Shown in pieces: positions 17,681-27,808 of a stretch of DNA of 64,000 nucleotides. Position 1 is the stretch's first letter. The number at the start of each line of letters is the position of its first letter. Source of the DNA: a virus; IMG/VR virus record IMGVR_UViG_3300042384_000211, positions 76,800-140,799 of that record; one strand, written 5' to 3'. Under the pieces are notes generated by a model. The model was not told where the DNA came from and made no database searches. It saw only the letters and a list, made by a program, of their open reading frames with translations. The position numbers were made by a program, and so were the translations under genes.

Positions 17681-18415
17681 CAATTTTTGCCACTTTTCTC
17701 TATTATAATTAGTTTTACCGTGGCAGGCTTTACATAACGGAATAAGATTTTCTAATAGATTATTTGTTTTATTGTAATCTATATGATGTATATCTAATTC
17801 TTCTGTTACAGTATTACATAGTTGACAAGTCAGATTATGTGCTTCTTTAATTTTATATTTTAATTCTTTATTAAATTCTAAACCGTATTCGCCATTGGAT
17901 ATTCCGCCCAGCCAATTTGGATGATTTTCTTTCTTGGGTGTATTTTGTGTTTGCTTTTCTTTTTGCTCAGGTGTATATGCCCATTTGCCTTGTTTGGTTT
18001 CTCTGAGATGTTGTTTGGTTTCTTCGGAATGAGTGTGTCCGAAAAATCCATTATTTTCGCCAAGCCTGGCTTGGGGATTTTCTGCCAGATATTGCGTTAA
18101 ACTTTTACTAATTTTTTCAGCAACACCCGGAAAAGTCGAAGGATTATTAGTAGATGATAACTCACTCATCTTTTTCCTAAATTCAGCAGCAAATTCTTCA
18201 CCTACTCGTTGTTCCCACGAGATTGATTTTTGCCAATATTTGTGACATTCACGAGAACAGGCGAGTTTTCGCCTGTCTGTTGTCACAGGAAGATTGTAAT
18301 CTTCACTGTTTTTATCGCCTATCATTCTTATTGGGAAGTGATTATTACATTGGGGATTAATACATTTTTTATTTTGAATGTATGTATATTTTCTATCGAA
18401 GTTAAACTTAGCCAT
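17666..18415 (-). mobile_element. HNH homing endonuclease with NUMOD3
   Basis: HTHSEETKQH, CQLC, IHHIDYNKTNN..ENLIPLCKACH. Confidence 0.9.
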
Positions 18416-18439
18416 ATATTTTTCCTGGTGCTAAGTTTA
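18403..18439 (-). promoter_or_regulatory. Translation-blocking hairpin overlapping the late promoter of the HNH gene
   Basis: Perfect 10-bp TAAACTTAGC/GCTAAGTTTA stem enclosing AGGA and ATG; the 5' arm overlaps ATAAATA. Confidence 0.7.
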
Positions 18440-18470
18440 TTTATCAGTTCTAAGTCAATACCTATTATTC

Positions 18471-18707
18471 TTAATAAAGTTTTGCTGGTAAGTGTTGGCT
18501 AGATAGTTTCTTTTTCCAACGTTGTTTTGCAGCTGCTTTTTTGCGTTTTTTAGCCACAGTTGGTTTTTCATAAGATTCGCGATCACGCAATTCTTGTAAC
18601 AATCCAGAATCTTGAACTTTCTTTTTTAATTTACGAATAGCTTGCTCTACGTTGTCGTTTTTAACGTAAACAGTGCATCCATAGACTTGTGTATTATCGA
18701 GTGACAA
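18471..18707 (-). CDS. rpsU: Ribosomal protein bS21
   Basis: VYVKNDNVEQAIRKLKKKV..SGLLQELRDRESYEKPT..KKRKKAAAKQR. Confidence 0.92.
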   Translation of the reverse strand: MSLDNTQVYGCTVYVKNDNVEQAIRKLKKKVQDSGLLQELRDRESYEKPTVAKKRKKAAAKQRWKKKLSSQHLPAKLY

Positions 18708-18731
18708 ATTAAATTTCCTTAGGTAAAATAT

Positions 18732-19037
18732 TTATACTTCTTGTGGAGTTGCATCAAAATTTTGAAAATAATCTAATAAATTATTTACTTGTAGATTATT
18801 AGTGTCCTTAACCAATGTGCAGTCTAAATTATCATTAATATCATTTAACCAACTTGAATCATCTATATCTTGTTTGTACAAGTAAACATCATAATTTTTA
18901 GCACTAACTTTACAAAACATGCCTATGTTAATAACATCGTCAGTGTCTGCATCAATTATTAGGACTGTGTGACTATTTGGTGACTTTGGTTCAATGCTAG
19001 GGTGAGTTATAAATCTACTGTTTGTTTGGTGAGTCAT
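18732..19037 (-). CDS. Hypothetical protein
   Basis: Overlaps upstream gene in operon fashion. Confidence 0.7.
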   Translation of the reverse strand: MTHQTNSRFITHPSIEPKSPNSHTVLIIDADTDDVINIGMFCKVSAKNYDVYLYKQDIDDSSWLNDINDNLDCTLVKDTNNLQVNNLLDYFQNFDATPQEV

Positions 19038-20595
19038 TTAGATACCTTTGAATTTGCTCTTGTTCTGTATCGGTAAGTAATTCGATATCATACTCACCAA
19101 GGTCAATCTTTTCAATAAGATGTTTGATATATAGCTGATCATAGGCAAATTGATCAGTTTTTTCTTTGTCTACTTCTATCCACTTTTTATCGTTCCATTT
19201 ATACAGACGACTGGGCAAATAGTCCACACGCAGAAATATATCTCCGCGCTGGGGTGCATCCGGAAACGCTGTACCAAACCCTGCTTGTGCGGCCATGGGT
19301 TCTTGATCTGTAATACCAAAGTCCGGAATAGTTACTGCGTTAGTATTATATCCCGATACTATTGGCTCTGGATCATCTGCAGGAGGAGGCACAGGGCGAA
19401 TTGGTTGCGGGTCGTATTGGCTGTTATCGATAGCAGTTTGTGCCCACATTTCCTCACCTTCAAGTACAGGAATATCTAAAGGATCTTCAACAGAAGATTC
19501 TTCTTCAACTTCTTGTTTAGGTACAAAGCCGTCAGTTCCAGCAAACTTAAACCACGATACTGGACTTTTTAGGTATGCTTGTGTGCTAGCATAGTTGTCT
19601 GGTAAGAGATCTTCTTTAGCATCTAATTCTTTGGCTACTTCTTTACCGTGAGCAAAAAACTCTTCCGGTGTGTCAAACAAATGTTCGGACATTTCCATAT
19701 TCTGGTCTACTCCCGATTGTTTTCTAATTTCTTCTATATCAGGAAAGTCTGGTTCATATGGTGGCCATGCTTCACTGGTAGGTTGCCAAACTTGTTGCCA
19801 CCCCTCACGTTGCTCTTTTTCTTTAGGTTTATTTTTATCTTCACGAGACCATTGAATAGTCTGCTCTGCGGCTAAGATTAAGATAAGTGCCAATGGATCA
19901 AATACAAACACTAATAAGATAATTACCCAACGGACAGCACGTTCTAGTAAGTTCGCATCTGGGTTATCACCGTAGATAAGTGCGGCTATGTAACGGATAG
20001 GTCCGACTTCTGCTTCAATCTTACGATTTTGTGCGGCCAGAGGAGCACGTTCTGCTTGTAATGCTGATATATTCTTTTGTGCAGCTGTGATGTCTGCTTG
20101 TAGGCTTTTACGTTCTTTGGCTTGATTCTTGCGAATCTGCACAGCACGATTAGCACCTCGGTCGTCTGTGGTACGACCCAACATTTGGTCCACTTGTGCG
20201 GCCATTTGTTGTAGGGCTCGTTTGTTTACGCTGATATTATCCTGTTCTGTTTTAATCTTTTCATCTAAGATCTGCACCTGAGCGGCACTATCGCCTACCG
20301 TAATGTTTTGATCCATGTGGGCTTTGCTCAAAAATCCGAAGATCCCCATTGAGGTAATCAGCATCAGCACTAAAATGGCAGGAACAAGATAAAGTTTAAA
20401 TTGTATGTTAGCACGATGCCAAAATTTGTGTAACCATACAGTAGCGGCAATTTTACCTACTTCTAGTACAGCACCCATAATGATAATAGGCACTACTGCC
20501 GCGGCAAAAATAGCTGTTAATCCAGCTATGGAATAGTATGCGGCCACGGCTGAAATGCTTAAAGCCACTGCTAAGATGAATAATCCAAATAACAT
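19015..20595 (-). CDS. Multi-TM coiled-coil membrane protein
   Basis: Three N-terminal TMs, coiled coil, another TM, acidic linker, C-terminal GFGTAFP..P.RGD.F.R module. Confidence 0.75.
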   Translation of the reverse strand: MLFGLFILAVALSISAVAAYYSIAGLTAIFAAAVVPIIIMGAVLEVGKIAATVWLHKFWHRANIQFKLYLVPAILVLMLITSMGIFGFLSKAHMDQNITVGDSAAQVQILDEKIKTEQDNISVNKRALQQMAAQVDQMLGRTTDDRGANRAVQIRKNQAKERKSLQADITAAQKNISALQAERAPLAAQNRKIEAEVGPIRYIAALIYGDNPDANLLERAVRWVIILLVFVFDPLALILILAAEQTIQWSREDKNKPKEKEQREGWQQVWQPTSEAWPPYEPDFPDIEEIRKQSGVDQNMEMSEHLFDTPEEFFAHGKEVAKELDAKEDLLPDNYASTQAYLKSPVSWFKFAGTDGFVPKQEVEEESSVEDPLDIPVLEGEEMWAQTAIDNSQYDPQPIRPVPPPADDPEPIVSGYNTNAVTIPDFGITDQEPMAAQAGFGTAFPDAPQRGDIFLRVDYLPSRLYKWNDKKWIEVDKEKTDQFAYDQLYIKHLIEKIDLGEYDIELLTDTEQEQIQRYLNDSPNKQ

Positions 20596-20662
20596 AGTTA
20601 ATTATTTATTGAGTTGTATCTGATAGTTTAACATGGTAGTTTATATTAGTCAAGAGTTTTGG

Positions 20663-23600
20663 TTAAACTCTAGTAACCATGACAATAGTTGATGGACTAG
20701 CAGGTACAGGTGGTACAGTGCCGGATCCAGTTTTGGCTGCAATACCCTGTAGTGATATATGGCTATCAAGACCGACCCACATCAATTGATAGTAGTCACC
20801 TGAGGTAATAGTGCCATCAATAAATGGACCCACCGCACAGATATAGCCGTTGACCGAGCCCTGTGCCGGTAGAGAAAAGTAACTGGCGCTTTGAGCAATA
20901 TCACTACCATTCTTACGCAACCATACTGCCACTTTGTTTGTTTTATTATCAGTGTTTTGAAATTGTAGGCTGTAGTCAAGTTTATAGCTACCGTTAGCTG
21001 AGAATGTGATACGGTTACCACTGGCAATAGTCACACCAAGGTTGCCATAGGTGTTGGCAATAGGCACAGTGTTAATGATGGCCAAGTTAGCATTTTGTGT
21101 GACTGTGGTATTATCCCAGAAACTGCCAAAGTATCTAATATTACCCGTGCTACTGGCCTGTAGGTTAGCAATGTTGGCAGTGATAGCATTGATTTGATTT
21201 GATTGTATGGTGTTAGCCGATGTCCAGTTATTAGTAACTGTAGATATTTGACTGTCAACATAGCCTTTCATCGCCACGTTGGCATTGGCAACATTACTGC
21301 TCCACGCATAGATAGCAAGGTTGGCAGGTGTAAATGTAAATGCTCCATTAGACAATGTTAAACTTTCAGTGCCCGGGCTAGCAGTTGTGACACTTAGGTA
21401 ACTATTGACATTGGCATTACTGTAAGCATAACTAGGAAGTTCTGTCAGGTATCTACCACTGGCTACAATATAGTTAGTGTAGACGTTGGCATTGAATATA
21501 CCGTGGCTAGTTGTACGAACATAGTTGGCTGTGACATTACCTGTGACATTTAAGTTTACTAAATTACCCACTGTGGTTAAACTACTGCCTATGACTGTGG
21601 AATTCAAGTAAGTGCCTGTTAGTAGACTAGCGTTGGCACCGATCTCAATGTTAGTGACACCATCAAATAAGGTGCCATTAATAGTAGCACCTGGATTTAG
21701 ACGATCAGCATAGCTAGCACGATTGGCGTACAGGTTATTAACTTTGGTAGTGCTGGCAATAACTAAAGGTGCTGTACCAGTAGCAACAGTTGATATAATT
21801 TGAACGGATGTGGTTAAACTAGTATTACTAAATGTAGCTATAACATCATTGGCTGCTCCGCCACCGGCAATAAACTTAACAGTGCGCCCCGGAGTGTTGG
21901 TACCAATGGTTAGGTTACCACCAGGTGCACTGGTGTTGCTGAGATTTCCTTGTATGTACAGGTAAGCATCATTCTTGTTAGTGCTGGTGCCTAGACTGTT
22001 AATGGGATTAGTATTGTCAAAGTTACTGCCATTGATGCCCATGTCCACATAGAATTCTGTGTCGCTTCCATTGTTGCTAGTGGCGATGAAATCAGTGCTG
22101 GCAACAGTTCCAGGGCTTAGGTTTTGGTGGACAATCTGTGCGTAGCTGTTAATACTGTCAAATGCTTGTATACTAGCGTCAGGGAAATTGTAGCCTGTAT
22201 AGAATCCGCCAAATCGTCCTGTGCCAGCAATATCAATATTACCAGTTATCCAGGCATCTGTGGTCATTATGTGTTCAGTTTGAAATCCAGTGGTTGCGTC
22301 TGTGTACCAGTAGTCGCCATGAACACCAGTAGTACTATAGAGTAAGCTGCGACGATAGCTTTCTAAGACATTGCCAAGAACAATGCCGCCGCCGTTGATT
22401 TCTGTGCTTGATGTTGAGTTGTTGGCTAGGTATAAAATCTTACCAAATACTGTAGCACTAGTATTATAAGTTAAATTACCCAAAACATTCATATTGTTTA
22501 CAGTAACGTTACTGAATGTTGGACTTGAGTTGGCAGCAATTTCTTGTGCTAGTTGTAAGCGTAGATTATTGCTGCCAGTGTCTGTAATGGTTAGGCTGTA
22601 GCTGTCACTGGCCAGAGTGTGTACATCCGAGGTATCTAAACTAACATTACCATAGTAACTACCCGGATTTTGGAATCCTACACCAGTGGTGATTTTATTT
22701 ACATTGTCACTGGGAACCCATGCTGTATCCTGGAATGAATCATCGGCAAATGTAATACCACCCAATCCAGTTCCACCTTGTGCGACACTAGGTATAACTA
22801 GACCACCATGACTTAGCATTAATCCTTTATATTCTACTCCAGTCCCGCCTATTTTTTGACTGAATATTTCAATATGCCCTGCTTGAGAAGTAGCGTTGAA
22901 TGTTTCATCTGCAACGAACAACATTCTAGCACTTGATGTAGTAGGTAATCCTGTTGGGGTAGTAGCATTCGCATAGCCAGCAGCAGTTATAGTTAATATA
23001 TTATCACCTGCTTGCAAGACTGCTGGTGCGGCAATAGTGCCACGGAATCTACGACCAATAAGACTGACTGGTAAAGGAGCATAATCTCCAAAACTATCAA
23101 ATGTAAGCAATGGTGGAATATTATGTTTATTAGTGACGTGTACTAAACTACCACCTGCTATTTGTGGCACAGCGTAGGTCTCACTGTTGGTATCAGCAGT
23201 AATACTCAATGCCGTTTTACCAATTGCGAGATCAGGTATACTAATAGTGGTCATACCATCACGGTTAACCCCAAATGATGGATTACCTGTCTCACCACTT
23301 ATTACTTGAATAGGTCTATTGAATACTATATTGCCTGTAGCAGTTGGTATACCAATGACAATATCTCTGGTAGGATCAGTAATTTTAATGGTATTATCGT
23401 GTAAAGTGAATTGACCAACAACTAATCCTGCTCCGCCAGCAATAACAAAGTCGCCATCAATTGCTGTCAATCGTAAATCAATGCCCAATGTTTCATCTTG
23501 TACAAATATAGAGCCCGCACCCATCCATAGTCGTTTAAAACGTTTAGTTGGTGTGCCTAAGTCATATATGTCATTTTCTATCGGAGAAATTGTACCGTGA

Positions 23601-24439
23601 GTAATAACCCTGGCGTTTGCTCCAACCGATAATGAAATATCAGTACTAACTGCTGTGGCTATTGTCATACTAGCATTAACTATCGGACGGACTGTGTATA
23701 TGGTTTCACCGGGAGTTGGTAGAATCATCGGCACTGAAAAAGGAATGGTCTTATCGGTAATAATAATATTAGCATACATACCTACGCCAACATATAATAT
23801 ATTGCTGTAGGCAGGTACATTAACTCCAGATATAACATCTTCAGATTCGAGCTGAGGAAGGGGATTGGTTGAAAATTGATACACGCACCATCCTGTGCCT
23901 GTTCCCGAAATACCATTTGGCAGACCATAATCACCCGCTGCTAAATTATCACTTTCGCTAGTGCTATAATCAACCACATAATCTAATATTAAGTTATCTA
24001 CGATAACTTCAATACTAGCAGATTGTTGAACTAAACTACCAACGGGCAATTTAAGATTTGGAACTGATACAAATCCACTACCTGCTGGTAGTAAAGTTAT
24101 ATCACGATCCGCTATCTTGCCGCCAATGGTTTCATCTGTGATGTACAAATTGCCTAGGTTTAAATTACCAGTGATTGACGTTGTGTTTAGATAGTTAGCA
24201 ACATTAACATTACTATAAGGACCAATGTTATTAACTGTTAGGTAAGAAGCTACATTAGAGTTGCTGTAATTACCGCTGACTCCTTCACCGGCAATAATAA
24301 TACCACCAGGCGTTGTGCCATCGCTGATTCTAATTGTTTGTGTAGTACTATCGTACCAAAGACGATCGGTTTCTCCGATACGAGTGGTACCATCATCTTG
24401 GTTGCGTCTACTTGTGAATAAATCTTGCGTGAAAGCCAC
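20663..24439 (-). CDS. Tail fibre-like virion protein
   Basis: 1258 aa, Thr/Asn/Gly-rich; LWYD..IRISDGTTPGG N-terminus; YDLGTPTKRF; YSNSNVASYL-type repeats. Confidence 0.75.
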   Translation of the reverse strand: MAFTQDLFTSRRNQDDGTTRIGETDRLWYDSTTQTIRISDGTTPGGIIIAGEGVSGNYSNSNVASYLTVNNIGPYSNVNVANYLNTTSITGNLNLGNLYITDETIGGKIADRDITLLPAGSGFVSVPNLKLPVGSLVQQSASIEVIVDNLILDYVVDYSTSESDNLAAGDYGLPNGISGTGTGWCVYQFSTNPLPQLESEDVISGVNVPAYSNILYVGVGMYANIIITDKTIPFSVPMILPTPGETIYTVRPIVNASMTIATAVSTDISLSVGANARVITHGTISPIENDIYDLGTPTKRFKRLWMGAGSIFVQDETLGIDLRLTAIDGDFVIAGGAGLVVGQFTLHDNTIKITDPTRDIVIGIPTATGNIVFNRPIQVISGETGNPSFGVNRDGMTTISIPDLAIGKTALSITADTNSETYAVPQIAGGSLVHVTNKHNIPPLLTFDSFGDYAPLPVSLIGRRFRGTIAAPAVLQAGDNILTITAAGYANATTPTGLPTTSSARMLFVADETFNATSQAGHIEIFSQKIGGTGVEYKGLMLSHGGLVIPSVAQGGTGLGGITFADDSFQDTAWVPSDNVNKITTGVGFQNPGSYYGNVSLDTSDVHTLASDSYSLTITDTGSNNLRLQLAQEIAANSSPTFSNVTVNNMNVLGNLTYNTSATVFGKILYLANNSTSSTEINGGGIVLGNVLESYRRSLLYSTTGVHGDYWYTDATTGFQTEHIMTTDAWITGNIDIAGTGRFGGFYTGYNFPDASIQAFDSINSYAQIVHQNLSPGTVASTDFIATSNNGSDTEFYVDMGINGSNFDNTNPINSLGTSTNKNDAYLYIQGNLSNTSAPGGNLTIGTNTPGRTVKFIAGGGAANDVIATFSNTSLTTSVQIISTVATGTAPLVIASTTKVNNLYANRASYADRLNPGATINGTLFDGVTNIEIGANASLLTGTYLNSTVIGSSLTTVGNLVNLNVTGNVTANYVRTTSHGIFNANVYTNYIVASGRYLTELPSYAYSNANVNSYLSVTTASPGTESLTLSNGAFTFTPANLAIYAWSSNVANANVAMKGYVDSQISTVTNNWTSANTIQSNQINAITANIANLQASSTGNIRYFGSFWDNTTVTQNANLAIINTVPIANTYGNLGVTIASGNRITFSANGSYKLDYSLQFQNTDNKTNKVAVWLRKNGSDIAQSASYFSLPAQGSVNGYICAVGPFIDGTITSGDYYQLMWVGLDSHISLQGIAAKTGSGTVPPVPASPSTIVMVTRV

Positions 24440-24450
24440 GGAATTTCTCC

Positions 24451-24777
24451 TTAGCCTTCTAGTGGCTCATCTTCGTCTGCTGCAATCGCAGTCGACAACC
24501 CTGCGTTTTGTTTGATTATATCAAGTTCATCTGGTTCCTCATCGTCGACAGGAGCATAAACTGAATCTACTCCGTGTGCTTTTTTAGCCAACTCAATTTT
24601 TTGTTGTAGTGGCGGAACCATAACTCCCAATTCATTATCAGCCACAGGAGTTTCTGTAGATTGGTCTTGTGCAGTATCACCATTATTGATGTTTACTACC
24701 ACTGGTTGCTGTTGAGCTTCATGCTCTTCTGCATCTAATAAATTAAGTATATTGCGTAATATTTCTGCTGTTTTCAT
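24451..24777 (-). CDS. Acidic hypothetical protein
   Basis: Late promoter 6 nt upstream; MKTAEIL start. Confidence 0.7.
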   Translation of the reverse strand: MKTAEILRNILNLLDAEEHEAQQQPVVVNINNGDTAQDQSTETPVADNELGVMVPPLQQKIELAKKAHGVDSVYAPVDDEEPDELDIIKQNAGLSTAIAADEDEPLEG

Positions 24778-24790
24778 AATATGTATTTAT

Positions 24791-25051
24791 CTATTCCCAT
24801 GGTCGGCCTGTGATCAATACATTGCCATCAACGATGTTATCAACAACAACATTACCTACATATTTTGTTGGCAAAATGCTGATATTGGCTGTGTTTAATG
24901 TACGATAAAATGGCTGACTAGTATTGGCCGACCCACTAATTGTGCCATCAATGGCTACTATTTTGCCTTGACGTTTGGCTTCTGCAATGTCGAGCTTGCT
25001 TTCTTGTTTAAGCTGTTTAGTTAATAATGTAGATATTCCGTTTGCTGACAT
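24791..25051 (-). CDS. Hypothetical protein, probably virion-associated
   Basis: Late-type CTAAATA upstream; structural-gene context. Confidence 0.65.
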   Translation of the reverse strand: MSANGISTLLTKQLKQESKLDIAEAKRQGKIVAIDGTISGSANTSQPFYRTLNTANISILPTKYVGNVVVDNIVDGNVLITGRPWE

Positions 25052-25081
25052 AACTATTCTCTTTAGTGTATTTAGCTACCT

Positions 25082-25360
25082 TTACAGGCTGCAACTACTT
25101 CTTGCACCACCATTGTGTTCTACAACTGTGACTGCACCAGGTTCGTTGACTGCTAATACAGCTATACAACTGCATCTGACTGGCAATCGTAGCTCTAAAG
25201 TTTCACCTGCACGTAGGACTGCACAGTTCTTGTTATTGGCCACGGGATTTTCACCTACGACCCAGTAGATACTGACACTGGCGTAGACTCGCACTGTGCC
25301 CTTTTTAAGTTTAGGACTCTGCTGACTAACTGAAGTTGCTGACAATGAATATGCTGCCAT
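25082..25360 (-). CDS. Hypothetical beta-rich protein
   Basis: TATAAATA and GAG RBS upstream. Confidence 0.65.
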   Translation of the reverse strand: MAAYSLSATSVSQQSPKLKKGTVRVYASVSIYWVVGENPVANNKNCAVLRAGETLELRLPVRCSCIAVLAVNEPGAVTVVEHNGGARSSCSL

Positions 25361-25395
25361 AATATATCTCGTAAACTAATATTTATAGTCAAAAT

Positions 25396-25416
25396 AAAAG
25401 GCTCCGAAGAGCCTTT
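25396..25416 (-). terminator. Intrinsic terminator
   Basis: AAAGGCTC-TTCG-GAGCCTTT-T on the minus strand (UUCG loop). Confidence 0.85.
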
Positions 25417-25444
25417 GGTTAGGTTAATAATAGGGTTTCTCGAG

Positions 25445-25654
25445 TTATATATTACGCACTGCGTATTCTGAAATCTTACGTTCAATCATACCAGGGATAC
25501 TCAGCGCAGGCCATTCAAGTTCAAACGGGCAAGGTGTATCTCCCCACGAACCAGTTGTGATAAACTGTTTGTAAACTGCCAAGTCTGCTTTCTTAGTTGG
25601 GTCAAACTTGCGTTTTACAAAAGCATTTTGCATCGAATAAAGTGTATTAACCAT
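25445..25654 (-). CDS. Early hypothetical protein
   Basis: Downstream of the promoter at 25685-25713; start uncertain (25654 or 25666). Confidence 0.6.
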   Translation of the reverse strand: MVNTLYSMQNAFVKRKFDPTKKADLAVYKQFITTGSWGDTPCPFELEWPALSIPGMIERKISEYAVRNI

Positions 25655-25684
25655 TGCTTGTTCCATTGTGTTAGTGTTTAACAT

Positions 25685-25713
25685 AGTATACAGTCCTTTT
25701 TAATAAAAGTCAA
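25685..25713 (-). promoter_or_regulatory. sigma70 early promoter
   Basis: TTGACT-N17-TATACT with GACTG before the -10. Confidence 0.75.
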
Positions 25714-25883
25714 TATGTTTCTTTGGTAATGTAAAATTCAGTAGTAGGATACTTTTCTTTAAATTCGTCAGTAGCAACGTATTGATTTAACCCAGTCATA
25801 TTAAAGAATTGTTTATGGAATGCTGTCTTGTGTGTTTCTTTAACTGATACTGTTAGGTATACCGAAGTTGCTTTGCCTGCCAT
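25710..25883 (-). CDS. 57-aa hypothetical protein
   Basis: Manual translation MAGKATSVYLTVSVKETHKTAFHKQFFNMTG...; AAGGAG RBS; not in ORF track. Confidence 0.7.
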   Translation of the reverse strand: MAGKATSVYLTVSVKETHKTAFHKQFFNMTGLNQYVATDEFKEKYPTTEFYITKETY

Positions 25884-25884
25884 A

Positions 25885-26088
25885 TTAGTTCTCCTTATTG
25901 TTATCGCGTTCGCGTAAAATTACTAAAATAGCCTGTGACATCATTTCTAATTCAACATTATTAAACTCGAACTCTTCCAACCAATTGATGCAGTTGGTAA
26001 TAGCAGAGTCCTCACCTTGAATTGCAATGTCAGCATCAAAGATTGCCTGACTGATATTATTAGTAATAATCATATCATCAATATTCAT
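25885..26088 (-). CDS. Hypothetical protein
   Basis: Operon-coupled ORF. Confidence 0.65.
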   Translation of the reverse strand: MNIDDMIITNNISQAIFDADIAIQGEDSAITNCINWLEEFEFNNVELEMMSQAILVILRERDNNKEN

Positions 26089-26360
26089 TATACTGCCTCC
26101 AACATACTAGCTGGTACACGATACGCACCTAGTGGAGTATCTACAACAATATTTTTAATAGCAAGTTTGCGCACTGTGCCTGTGATTGTTTGGCCGCTAC
26201 GTGAGCTAGCAAAACGAACTTTGTCACCAACAGACAAGCTACGTTTAGTTGCTTTGCCTAAGTTTAAACGAGCATACTTAACAGCATCAATAATGCTGGC
26301 TAATTCTTCGCTGGTAAAAGTACCTTGAATTAAAGCAGTAGTAATTTGTTTAGCGTTCAT
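26088..26360 (-). CDS. Hypothetical protein, SH3/KOW-like
   Basis: LSVGDKVRF...TGTV; AGGAG RBS. Confidence 0.7.
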   Translation of the reverse strand: MNAKQITTALIQGTFTSEELASIIDAVKYARLNLGKATKRSLSVGDKVRFASSRSGQTITGTVRKLAIKNIVVDTPLGAYRVPASMLEAV

Positions 26361-26393
26361 TTATTGCTCCTGTGTTGTTAGTGTATGTATAGC

Positions 26394-26422
26394 ATTATAC
26401 AGTCATTTTACCAAAATGTCAA
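26394..26422 (-). promoter_or_regulatory. sigma70 early promoter
   Basis: TTGACA-N17-TATAAT with GACTG. Confidence 0.8.
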
Positions 26423-26814
26423 CCAAAAAGTGCTAATTCCTGCAATACTTCATCAAATTCTTTAGCATAACTGTATGGTAGACCTAACTTGTAGCAGATG
26501 TAATCACCACCGTACATTTTATCTGAGTCTGTAAGAGCCAAACCTTCAACAATCCATCTAATAGATTGTTTACGTGAGTTACTAATTGACTCTAAAGAAG
26601 TAACATGTTTTTCAAAACTAGCGATTGCCTGTTGTTCACGGGTTTGTTCTTCTTTGACTGCAACATCAAGTTCACCCAATAAACGTTCCCAAATCAACTG
26701 TTTGCCTGCGGCATCAATGTTGGTCCATTCTTCCCAAAAGTATTCATCTGGGCGTGAACCACGTGCATCTTTGTGCAGGTCGCTAACTAGGTTTTCATCA
26801 AATGTATATGTCAT
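26419..26814 (-). CDS. Early hypothetical protein
   Basis: GGAG RBS before ATG 26814; SDLHKDARGSRP. Confidence 0.7.
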   Translation of the reverse strand: MTYTFDENLVSDLHKDARGSRPDEYFWEEWTNIDAAGKQLIWERLLGELDVAVKEEQTREQQAIASFEKHVTSLESISNSRKQSIRWIVEGLALTDSDKMYGGDYICYKLGLPYSYAKEFDEVLQELALFG

Positions 26815-26846
26815 AGTGTGCTCCATTGCTTTAGTGTATAAGTGCT

Positions 26847-26875
26847 ATTATACAGTCATTAGACCAAAAAGTCAA
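26847..26875 (-). promoter_or_regulatory. sigma70 early promoter
   Basis: TTGACT-N17-TATAAT with GACTG. Confidence 0.8.
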
Positions 26876-26888
26876 CCAAAATATTCTA

Positions 26889-26917
26889 TTGACTTTAGAG
26901 TAATATGAGTATATAAT
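26889..26917 (+). promoter_or_regulatory. Divergent sigma70 promoter for the + strand cluster
   Basis: TTGACT-N17-TATAAT, ATG 6 nt downstream. Confidence 0.8.
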
Positions 26918-26923
26918 ACAAGT

Positions 26924-27151
26924 ATGAAAATCCTATTAGAACACGAAGGCAAGCACTTAGTAATGAGTGTTGTGCATAATGACAGTCACGCCGACGATAT
27001 GCGTTGGGATATCTTTGTCAACGACATGGCAGAAGAACTAGCCCATAGAAAGGGTGTTAAGCGTATGAGCTATAGCACTTGGCACTGGGATGAACGTAAA
27101 CACGTTGAAGCAGAAGAATATATCACATACTTTTATTTGAAGCACGAATGA
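26924..27151 (+). CDS. Small hypothetical protein (F-x-L-K family)
   Basis: Ends TYFYLKHE; ATGA-coupled to the next gene. Confidence 0.65.
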   Translation: MKILLEHEGKHLVMSVVHNDSHADDMRWDIFVNDMAEELAHRKGVKRMSYSTWHWDERKHVEAEEYITYFYLKHE

Positions 27152-27351
27152 AGATTAGCATTAAACAATTAACCTATCCTGAGATCGATCAGCGTATGCA
27201 GTGGCTTGAGAATAACGTTGGCCCACGTAGGTATGTGCTACATAATCAAACAGGCGGACATGGATGGTGGTATTACAGTCCTGATAGAGTTATAGAAATA
27301 GAAAATGAGCAGTGGGCCACGATGTTTTTGTTAAAGTTTAGTAGTAGATGA
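27148..27351 (+). CDS. Small hypothetical protein (F-x-L-K family)
   Basis: W..NNVG..., ends ATMFLLKFS. Confidence 0.7.
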   Translation: MKISIKQLTYPEIDQRMQWLENNVGPRRYVLHNQTGGHGWWYYSPDRVIEIENEQWATMFLLKFSSR

Positions 27352-27575
27352 AAATAACCATGCAGGAGTTTGAGAAATTTGAACAAGAGTTCATATTTGA
27401 CTTAATTAAAAATCCACACTATCGTCTCGGGCAGGCAGTTATTAACACCTATCCCAAGATCAGTCGTAGTATGGAAGATGATGGTGACCTTGGTTATATG
27501 CAATGGCAAGAATTGTGGGAGTGTAAAGATCGTAAACGTGTATTAGAGATAATTGATTGGTATATTATTAAATGA
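27348..27575 (+). CDS. Small hypothetical protein
   Basis: YRLGQA motif; ATGA-coupled. Confidence 0.65.
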   Translation: MKITMQEFEKFEQEFIFDLIKNPHYRLGQAVINTYPKISRSMEDDGDLGYMQWQELWECKDRKRVLEIIDWYIIK

Positions 27576-27808
27576 GTTTACTAGACGGTGCTAACGGACG
27601 TAGGTTTATCGCCTCGGGTCCATTTGATGACGAAATGCCTTGGCACTATCTTGTTATTGCTGATATTAGTTATTGGCTAAAACATGAACCAGAGATCTAT
27701 GCGTGGATGGATGATAATTTACCTAGAGGCAGGTTACACCAACAGGGTATGACTTTGGAATTTGAAACTGATGAACAAGTAACTTTGTTTGTCTTGAGGT
27801 GGGCATGA
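27572..27808 (+). CDS. Small hypothetical protein (F-x-L-K/R family)
   Basis: Ends VTLFVLRWA. Confidence 0.7.
   Translation: MSLLDGANGRRFIASGPFDDEMPWHYLVIADISYWLKHEPEIYAWMDDNLPRGRLHQQGMTLEFETDEQVTLFVLRWA

Noticed and set aside
1-19000. Bacterial chromosome or host contamination
   Set aside because: Host-like genes lack their usual operon partners (no dnaJ/grpE, ahpF, pqqB-E) and are interleaved with HEGs and TAAATA promoters; a chimera is not fully excluded without reads
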